Positions 39,481-46,804 of a stretch of DNA of 64,000 bases are shown here, in pieces; the first letter of the stretch is position 1, and the number at the start of each line of letters is the position of its first letter. The DNA comes from an uncultured Verrucomicrobiae bacterium (GTDB lineage Bacteria > Verrucomicrobiota > Verrucomicrobiia > Chthoniobacterales > JAFAMB01). The stretch lies in the NCBI GenBank assembly GCA_963742335.1, contig CAVULL010000013.1:15297-79296 (forward strand), read 5' to 3'. The notes under the pieces are model-generated. The model ran no database searches, had not been told where the DNA came from, and was given only the letters and a program-made list of their open reading frames with translations. Made by a program: the position numbers and the translations under genes.

Positions 39481-41619
39481 CTAATCTTGCTCTTCGGTCT
39501 CGGCTCGATACAAGATGGTGCCAGATCGAACGTAGTCTGCCAGCATGCCAAGGTTGGTTAAGAGGACGGCGACAGAGGTCGGGCTGGCCAAAAAGAGTGC
39601 ACCGAAAACGGCAGCGAGATTTGGAGCCAGGCTAAGACGAAAACCGAGCTTGAATTCGTCGATCGCTTCCCTCGCGATGGCCCGAAGCTGGAGGATCTTG
39701 ATCAAATCCGGAGAAAGGAAAGCAATTGTACCTTTGCTGGTTTTGTTATAAGGCGCTTCCAATACGGAAATAGCCACGTCCGCCTGTTCAGCGACTGCGC
39801 CTTCCTTGCTGCAGTCTCCGACGTAAATGACCGAATGGCCGGCTCTTTGCCGTTCTTCAATATAAGCTCGTTTTGAGGCGGCGGAACTGTTCTCTCGAAC
39901 GACAAGGACGCCCAAACTTCCGGCCAGCTCTGCCGCGGATTTCTTGGAATCGCTTGAGAAAAAGATGATCTCGGTGAACCCCTGCTTGAGAGCCTGTTGA
40001 ACAAAAGTCTCCTGGCCGGTTTCGGGTGTCCGCCACCCGATGCTGTCGTCGAAAACGATCGAATCGCATCGAGTCAATTTTTCCAAATAAGAATTTCCCG
40101 AGATCACGATCCCACGGTTGGCGGCTCGGATTACGGTCGCCAAACCGGACATTTTTTCGGCAATTGCCGGCCCCGTCATGTAATCAGGGCGAATCGTCGC
40201 CTTGGCCATGGACAATCCTCCCTGCGCCAAGGCTGCTGCACCTAACAGAAGGATAGGCAAGGTAGTGCGATCTGCCAGATCGCCCGCATGGTGTTCAGAA
40301 TCCTGGCGCCGCAGGGCTTCACGATGATAAAGAGCAACACGCGCCACAGCGGTGTCGGCACCCACCGAGCTAATCTTTACCCGAACGGCCCCCTCCACGA
40401 TGCGACTCGCCGCGTAAATCGGATTTCCCGGGGTTTTGTAAATGTCATCTGCGGCACCGTTGAGGAATTCTTCATTTATTTGAGCAGAGCCGCTTACGAT
40501 GATCCCGTCGCCAGGAACGGTATCTCCCGCGGTGAGGTTCACGATGCTGGACGGTGATAGCTCTTCTAATCGCGTCTCGACCGAAGCCCCATCTCGCTCC
40601 ACCCAAACTCGACGCGGAAGACGGCGATATCGGGCGAGGAATTTCGCATGATGCAACTCGTATAGCTGCCCGGTCCTGCGAGGCCAAAACTGCATGAACC
40701 AGTACATCACTGCCGCTGGCAGGAATTCGAAAGTGATTGCCGTCAAAAGGGTGCTTGCGAGATAGAGAAGTTCGACCGTGAACTTGCCCTTACACAGAGA
40801 AATCACGGCGCGAGGGATGTATTTGAGACTGATGATGGTGGTCAACGCCAAATTGACTATACCGAGCGGAGGAAACAAAAAATCAGCAAAGGGGGCTAGA
40901 GCCAGATTTGTGTTGACCATCATCTCGGGCAATTTGGTCGCACGATGAGTCGAGCCTGAGGAAAGACATCGAGTCAGAACCGGATCCAAGACCTCCTGAA
41001 AAACGGCCGGATCTATCCGATGGGGCCGGACAAAAACCAGAAGCGAGTCGCCACCCGACAACAGAACAGAAAAAGATTGATGAACAACATCCGAAAGCGT
41101 GCCCAATTCGTTAAGAACTTCTTTCCGGACGACATCCGAGCGCAATAAGGGATGCGCTAATCTGTAGAATCTGGTCGACGGCATATCAATCCGCCAAAGT
41201 GTAAGACCTGAGCCGAGTCTGTGGATTTCAAAGGAAGAGAGACCTTTGTTGCGAAGGATAACTTCTTCGTGAAGAAGTGGCAGCGCGGCGGGCGGGCGTC
41301 CTCCCATCGCTGAAGAGAGCGCCGTCAGCACCTTGGCCGTCGAATTTGGATGCGCGGCGAATTCTAAGTGGACCTGACCCTTGCGCCAATTGAGCCGCAA
41401 AGATTTAAGCGATGAAATGGAGAAAAAGCGATTGATCAGCTGTCGTCGCGTAGGCACCTTGGCGGCCTCGGCGATTGACTCCCCAGAAAGGAGTAAAACC
41501 GGTTCGCTGCCCAGAACCTGAATCCGCAAACCGGGCAATAAAACTTCCTCGAGGGGTAAAACCCCAGTTCGCGGACGGCTCTTCTCGGGGATTACGGCAA
41601 TCTCTCGCGAGGTGGACAA
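39481..41619 (-). CDS. P-type ATPase-like protein, degenerate motifs and no N-domain (paralog P3)
   Basis: TGES is NGAA (40450-40461), DKTGT is DDSIG (40036-40050), and GDGxND is GDCSKEG (39799-39819). Only about 20 aa separate the DDSIG site from the SSD (TGD-equivalent) motif. Confidence 0.85.
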   Translation of the reverse strand: MSTSREIAVIPEKSRPRTGVLPLEEVLLPGLRIQVLGSEPVLLLSGESIAEAAKVPTRRQLINRFFSISSLKSLRLNWRKGQVHLEFAAHPNSTAKVLTALSSAMGGRPPAALPLLHEEVILRNKGLSSFEIHRLGSGLTLWRIDMPSTRFYRLAHPLLRSDVVRKEVLNELGTLSDVVHQSFSVLLSGGDSLLVFVRPHRIDPAVFQEVLDPVLTRCLSSGSTHRATKLPEMMVNTNLALAPFADFLFPPLGIVNLALTTIISLKYIPRAVISLCKGKFTVELLYLASTLLTAITFEFLPAAVMYWFMQFWPRRTGQLYELHHAKFLARYRRLPRRVWVERDGASVETRLEELSPSSIVNLTAGDTVPGDGIIVSGSAQINEEFLNGAADDIYKTPGNPIYAASRIVEGAVRVKISSVGADTAVARVALYHREALRRQDSEHHAGDLADRTTLPILLLGAAALAQGGLSMAKATIRPDYMTGPAIAEKMSGLATVIRAANRGIVISGNSYLEKLTRCDSIVFDDSIGWRTPETGQETFVQQALKQGFTEIIFFSSDSKKSAAELAGSLGVLVVRENSSAASKRAYIEERQRAGHSVIYVGDCSKEGAVAEQADVAISVLEAPYNKTSKGTIAFLSPDLIKILQLRAIAREAIDEFKLGFRLSLAPNLAAVFGALFLASPTSVAVLLTNLGMLADYVRSGTILYRAETEEQD

Positions 41620-41637
41620 ACTGAACTTCCTATCGCT

Positions 41638-42063
41638 TTAGCTCGCCGCGGCAGCACTAGCTTGAGAGGCCTTTGGAGTACCCTGCTTTGTGACACTCCG
41701 ACTTCTGCTTTTCGGTTTTGTTTTCGTTGCCCGTGCGGAAGAAGTGACGGGTTCCTCCTTCTTCTCGGCATGAGCCTTAATCTGAGCGTCTGTGGCACCT
41801 TGTTCCAAGCCCCGTCGCAATGAATTTTCCTCGGGCAATAGTTCCGTCAGATAGACGGTACTGTAGACCAACCCATAGGAAACCCAATAGGCGGTATTGT
41901 ACACTCCCCCCGCAAATACTTTTCGCGTAGCTTGCGCCGCTTCCTTTGCCGACTGACGGGCAACGGTAGAGCCTTCCTCGAATCTCTCAGCGGCAGATTC
42001 CAGCGCCTCTCCCAAAGCGGAGAACGCATTGGTCTCCGCGGCCTTTTCTGTTTTTGTACTCAT
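41638..42063 (-). CDS. small protein (S2), 141 aa, with a central hydrophobic/aromatic segment and a basic tail
   Basis: ATG at 42063 (MSTKTEK). Stop lies 18 nt before the P3 start. Hydrophobic segment VFAGGVYNTAYWVSYGLVYSTVYL. Tail TKTKPKSRSRSVTKQGTPK. Confidence 0.55.
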   Translation of the reverse strand: MSTKTEKAAETNAFSALGEALESAAERFEEGSTVARQSAKEAAQATRKVFAGGVYNTAYWVSYGLVYSTVYLTELLPEENSLRRGLEQGATDAQIKAHAEKKEEPVTSSARATKTKPKSRSRSVTKQGTPKASQASAAAAS

Positions 42064-42191
42064 AAATTCTCGCTTGGAATTACCTTGGTGGCATGACAGG
42101 TGCAATCGATATTTTTGGTTCTTCGAGCTGCGGCGTCTTTACTGGGATGAGATAGATTTCAGAAGATCGAAATGACCTGGTCGATCGTTCA

Positions 42192-43346
42192 TTAAGTTCT
42201 AGCTTGTAATAAAAGTGGGGACGAATAATTCAAACTTGGATTCGGTTTTTTTATGGTGAATGGATTTCGTCTGCTCATTTCTTCTCGGAGCCGGCTGGCA
42301 ATCTCTTCGGCCGTCGGGCTATTGTTAGGATTGTCCCTGATCAGGTAAGAGATGGCTGCGATATGAGCTTCACCAAATGCGGTGGTGAATACACCTGCCG
42401 TAATCCCTGAAATGAGTCCATGAAGGATAGGGCCTGCCCCCGGAATTAAAAGCAAGAACGCGCCCAGGAACGAACGCCCCACCAGGGTTCCTCCGCCTCC
42501 CGCCAAAGTAGAACTGACCAGTGTCGCAAAAAAGCCGGTATCAACGGGTAACCCGAAGGTGGCGGTAATGCTAGCCAGCATCGAAATCTGAATGGGCACC
42601 AGGAGATAGGCGTCAGCGAAAGGTATCGGAAACGCCCCGATACCGGAAGCTGCGGTTGCCGCGCTTGCCACGATGAGATGAGCCCTTTCTCTTTTTAGCC
42701 GCAGCGTGACTTTCTGCGCTGCCGCAAAGGCATTCTTTTGACCCTCTGGAATAACGTGCATGGTCCACTCGACGAGGTCCGTCAAATTCATCGGAGCCAA
42801 GACATGTCCATCATCCTGCAGTTCCGGAATGGCCCGCACTCGAATAACATTGCTGGCTCTCGGCAGCAGTCGGTGGACCTCGGATCGAAAACCATTGTCT
42901 GCTCGCGACTTGGTGATGACCACCACGACAGGAATGTGCTTGGCCAGCAAATTCAGCAGCCTTATTTCGGCGTCCTCAATCCGCCTTCCGTCTTCCGAAA
43001 GGCAAAGCCAGGCGCAGTGAATATGGTCGTTAGCATCCTCTGACTGAGCCAGCCCACAGATGAGGTCCTCAAGCTCTTCGAGAGATTCTGGAAATCGGTC
43101 CAGCTCGAGACCTCGGGTATCGAAAATATAAAGCGGAATGCCCTTCTTTTTTATCTTTCTGGTATTTTTGGTCGCCGGTCTCCCGTGGCCGGTACTGGCA
43201 AAATTTCCTTGGAATACAGCGTTAATTAATGTGCTTTTGCCAACGCCTGTTTTGCCTGCTACCAGGAGGTTTACTCGCCCTCGCTTTCGAACTGCCTCCT
43301 TCAGCTGTTTCAACTGATCGTTAAGGATCGAGGCAAAATCATCCAT
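42192..43346 (-). CDS. P-loop GTPase with C-terminal DUF697-like membrane domain
   Basis: G1 GKTGVGKS (43233-43256), G3 DTRG, and G4 TKSR(AD). C-terminal Gly/Ala-rich hydrophobic region (AATAASGIGAFPIPFADAYLLVPIQISML) is typical of DUF697. Confidence 0.85.
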   Translation of the reverse strand: MDDFASILNDQLKQLKEAVRKRGRVNLLVAGKTGVGKSTLINAVFQGNFASTGHGRPATKNTRKIKKKGIPLYIFDTRGLELDRFPESLEELEDLICGLAQSEDANDHIHCAWLCLSEDGRRIEDAEIRLLNLLAKHIPVVVVITKSRADNGFRSEVHRLLPRASNVIRVRAIPELQDDGHVLAPMNLTDLVEWTMHVIPEGQKNAFAAAQKVTLRLKRERAHLIVASAATAASGIGAFPIPFADAYLLVPIQISMLASITATFGLPVDTGFFATLVSSTLAGGGGTLVGRSFLGAFLLLIPGAGPILHGLISGITAGVFTTAFGEAHIAAISYLIRDNPNNSPTAEEIASRLREEMSRRNPFTIKKPNPSLNYSSPLLLQART

Positions 43347-43598
43347 GGGAGTGATGTAAAAGAGCAGATCGATTTAAGCAAGATCAATTCCTACTAAAAA
43401 GATCTGCTTTGTCAAATTTTCTGCCCCCTCGATGAATCGTCGCCGTTCCGGAGACCGTGGGCCAAACAATGGAAAGCTCGGCTTTCCTGGCCTTCGAAAT
43501 CTATCGCCCACGCGAACCTGCCGCGTTGGCTAAACAATACCGCAACAGGCGGACAAACTGAGGCTCTTTACCTGAAAGCGCCGAAAGGTTCTTACCGT

Positions 43599-44375
43599 CT
43601 ATGGTCGGCCAAGTCCCAGAAAGGAAAACAACCCGAAGACCACACCCCCGAGCAGCGCCAGGGAAGCGATTCCCGCCACAACGCCTGTAAGAACCAATAT
43701 TCCGTCGTCCTCAACCAATCCCATCGCGATAATGAAGGAGGAGATCGCCTGCGGCATGTTGAAGCCCGGTATGGGAAATGCGATGGAAAGAGCGAGAATG
43801 AAAATGAAGACGCCCAAAAGCCGTCTTGCCAGGGGAGTCGTAGCCCATTTCCATCGCGGTTTCGATACTTTTTCCGCTTTCTCCAAAAGGGGAAGAATCG
43901 CGTGAATGGCGGCCGCCAAAGCTTTGCGCGGCACGCTCTTTTTTAGGATGAACTTCGGGAGTCTGATCTGCTTTTGGCCAGAGGCCATTTGGGCGGAAAT
44001 GACGGCGGTTGGGATCACTACGATCGCGGCTAAGCCTGGAACCGGTATCGGCACGACTTCAGGAATTGCGAAAAACATCAGCGAAGTTCCAAAAGAACTT
44101 TCGCCAATCGAATCAATGATCATTTCTACCGTGAATTCTTGAACATCTGGATTATTTGCTAAAAGATTTCGCAGGATTTGAGAAGTGCGTGATTTCGCCG
44201 GGCCGAGCACCTTCTTGCCGGAACTACGAGTTCCGTTCCGGGCAGCTTTTCCTTCCGCCGGAGAACTCTCACGGACGGCTGTTTTCTTTAAAGGTTTGCC
44301 GCGAGCAGACAACTTCTTGGTTTTAGTGCCGGGCTCGACCAGAGGATTGCGGGTTAGGGCAGCTGATGCGCTCAT
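43599..44375 (-). CDS. ExoD-family (exopolysaccharide synthesis) membrane protein with a 70-aa basic N-terminal extension
   Basis: FGTSLMFFAIPEVVPIPVPGLAAIVVIP and the C-terminal TMs are typical of ExoD. The N-terminus is K/R/S/T-rich. Confidence 0.8.
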   Translation of the reverse strand: MSASAALTRNPLVEPGTKTKKLSARGKPLKKTAVRESSPAEGKAARNGTRSSGKKVLGPAKSRTSQILRNLLANNPDVQEFTVEMIIDSIGESSFGTSLMFFAIPEVVPIPVPGLAAIVVIPTAVISAQMASGQKQIRLPKFILKKSVPRKALAAAIHAILPLLEKAEKVSKPRWKWATTPLARRLLGVFIFILALSIAFPIPGFNMPQAISSFIIAMGLVEDDGILVLTGVVAGIASLALLGGVVFGLFSFLGLGRP

Positions 44376-44516
44376 GAGGGTGTGGCTAAATTTCGGTTAT
44401 CATCGTGATCGGCCCCCGGGCTGTCAAGCGCGCGAAGAAGAGGAAAGAAAAATAGACTACCGAAATAGTATACAAATGTCGTTGCTTTTTGCAGGAGAAT
44501 CTGGGATGCTCCGCCT

Positions 44517-45116
44517 ATGCCAAGACGAAAGGTCGTTCTTAGTGGGCTGCTTGCCTTTGGAGCCGGCGTCGCGGTCGGAGCAAATTGGCCTAGAGCGGGT
44601 AACATCGTGGGATATATCCTGCAAAGGCTAGGCTTCGAACTGACCGACCTGACGTTATGGATGTGGGATCCGGAAAAATTGACCGACCAAGCCGAATTAG
44701 CCCTCCCCGTCGGAAGACCTAGGGCGAAGAAAAGAAGGCGCAGGACCCCTTCGGGTCAACCGGGCGGTCTCGCCGCCAGCCGCTCAAGAGCGAAGAAGAG
44801 CTCTGTTTCTCCGGGAACGCCGTCCGGTGCTGGGAACGGAGGAAACCGCAAAATCGCAGCCCAAACCTCAGAGGCCTGGATTCTTAATTCCCGATTATCG
44901 GGATCTCGTGCGTCCGGAATCGACACCCCTGAGCTAAGTTCGAGGACCGGGAAAGCGGCTTTGACCAAGCTGGACAATTCCGCCGTTCAGACGGTCCGTC
45001 GAAAGGCAAAAAATGCGGCGATCAATAGCAAACGAAAATCTCCTGTTGCTGGAAGCAACAGGAAAATCAGCGCGTTTTCTAAGAGTGCCTTACCTGTTAA
45101 TTCCGCTCTTAACTAA
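44517..45116 (+). CDS. hypothetical protein with an N-terminal TM and a long basic disordered tail
   Basis: VVLSGLLAFGAGVAVGANW followed by RPRAKKRRRRTPSG... low complexity. Confidence 0.45.
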   Translation: MPRRKVVLSGLLAFGAGVAVGANWPRAGNIVGYILQRLGFELTDLTLWMWDPEKLTDQAELALPVGRPRAKKRRRRTPSGQPGGLAASRSRAKKSSVSPGTPSGAGNGGNRKIAAQTSEAWILNSRLSGSRASGIDTPELSSRTGKAALTKLDNSAVQTVRRKAKNAAINSKRKSPVAGSNRKISAFSKSALPVNSALN

Positions 45117-45142
45117 CTCCCAATTCTTCTCCGCACGGATCG

Positions 45143-45457
45143 ATGAAAGAGAAGTTATACGATATACCTATTGACAAGCCGCTTACCTCTGCCAGACGTA
45201 AAGCGCTTAATCTGCACATCGTTCAAAACGTTTATTTAACTAATTCCCCGATAAGCTACCAATGGGACGAACTGGATGGGAAAGTGCTACACCTTACGGC
45301 CGAACCTGTGACATTTGAGGTGAGATTCCACACGAAAAAGGTCGAAATTTACGGGACTGCTCCGCTCTGGGCCCGGCTTCTACTGACGGCGAAGAAGAAA
45401 GCACAGCTCAAGCAGGAAATTCAATCGATTCTTTCTCTAACTGGTTTTTGTCGTTAG
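45143..45457 (+). CDS. small protein, possibly of the polyhydroxyalkanoic-acid-system family
   Basis: 104 aa. The C-terminal KVEIYGTAPLWARLLLTAKKKAQLKQEIQSIL resembles that family by memory only. Confidence 0.4.
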   Translation: MKEKLYDIPIDKPLTSARRKALNLHIVQNVYLTNSPISYQWDELDGKVLHLTAEPVTFEVRFHTKKVEIYGTAPLWARLLLTAKKKAQLKQEIQSILSLTGFCR

Positions 45458-45634
45458 TGGGGAGTCGAAGTCGGAGCCAAATCGGAGGTCTACCGGATGA
45501 CACCGGTAAACCCAAATTGGCTGTCCTAACTTTCCTCCACCGGTTGGCGGCGGTCTTTCCGTATGACCCTCCAACAAATGGCGAGTTACCCAGGCGAAAT
45601 CGTTGGTCTATATCCTAATCCACCGGAAAATGAC

Positions 45635-46627
45635 TTACATCGCCGACGCAACTCGCACTGCCACATCGCCGTATAATGCGGACTCCATTTCGACCTTGCA
45701 GATAACGCGTTCCTCTTCAGGGAAGAGAAGCGCCTTACGGTCCGCAAGGTAGTAGAACATCTCCATTCCCTCGGGCCATTGGAGCAGATCGGCTATTTTC
45801 ACGAGCATCTTTCTCTGCTCAATCGGGTCAAGCAGGGTGAAATTCCAAGCCAGCGTCGTGAGTTTAAGGATCATTTCCTTCGATTCGTAATCCGGTGCGG
45901 ACTCCAGCAGCGGTTCGGCTATCAGCCAGATCGCGTCGGAAACCTTTGGGCGACCCGGCGGATTGATCCGAACCTTCGTGCCGGGCTGACTGGCGCGGAG
46001 TCCAGCGGCCATCCGCTCGGGCCCTGTTCGACCGACAGGATCGGTGACGGCGCGTTCGCCGTTTTCCTCTTCGCCGTCGAGGGGCTCGAAGTCATCAGCG
46101 ACAACGATGTAATGGTAGCCGCCTTCGCCGCACCGGGCTTCGAGCGCGCGCAGAATTCTCCCGACGCTCGCCCGCGAGTCCGACGGCCCCTGGATGTAGA
46201 GTGGTTTGTCGTTTTCGCCGAACCTAAATTGTTCATCGCAGTCCGCCGTTGTGATGCCGCCGAAAACGCGGCTCGCCTTTTTATAATCGGCGCCCGGCGA
46301 AAACCCGAGTCCCCTGGCATAGCTGATCGCGTCCTCAGTCAACTTGCGCGCGGCGCCCGGCGTCATTCGGACCGAGTTCCCATCTGGGAAGAGCCGATCT
46401 ATAAGGCTTTCCTGGTAATCGGCAATACTGTGGAACTGACGGTAACCCGCGTCTTTCACACCCAGGCAAAATACGTCAAGCAGGAAAAACCCAGCCTCAA
46501 CGCGGCCGTCGGCCCTAAACCTGCTCACTACGAGATAGCCGCAGCCGGCCTCAAAAAGGTTGGCGGAACGCAAGGCTTCGGGAGAATGCTTCATATGGCC
46601 CTTAGATACAATATGTGGTGGTGGCAC
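45635..46627 (-). CDS. conserved-looking hypothetical protein
   Basis: 330 aa with balanced composition (GFFLLDVFCLGVKDAGY...). The opposite-strand 322 aa ORF is Arg-rich and looks like a shadow ORF. Confidence 0.6.
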   Translation of the reverse strand: MPPPHIVSKGHMKHSPEALRSANLFEAGCGYLVVSRFRADGRVEAGFFLLDVFCLGVKDAGYRQFHSIADYQESLIDRLFPDGNSVRMTPGAARKLTEDAISYARGLGFSPGADYKKASRVFGGITTADCDEQFRFGENDKPLYIQGPSDSRASVGRILRALEARCGEGGYHYIVVADDFEPLDGEEENGERAVTDPVGRTGPERMAAGLRASQPGTKVRINPPGRPKVSDAIWLIAEPLLESAPDYESKEMILKLTTLAWNFTLLDPIEQRKMLVKIADLLQWPEGMEMFYYLADRKALLFPEEERVICKVEMESALYGDVAVRVASAM

Positions 46628-46804
46628 CGCAAGGAATTCCTATGGATTGTGGTTGGATTCGCTCGGCCACGTCCGTCATTACACCTTTATTGCATTGCTT
46701 TCAGGAGATGGTGCACTAGGTACGGACAGTATGAGGGTTACGAATAACGAACTCGTCAAAAGTCGAAAAGCTAGTAACCTCTAACGTCTCTCCGGCACAA
46801 ATAG

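Noticed and set aside
33205-43346. Interpretation of the ATPase cluster as a ferrosome (fez-like) or other metal-storage organelle locus.
   Set aside because: I cannot recognise FezA/FezC-type partners or the P1B-6 signature from the sequence, so the idea is unsupported. It is kept only as something a database comparison could test.
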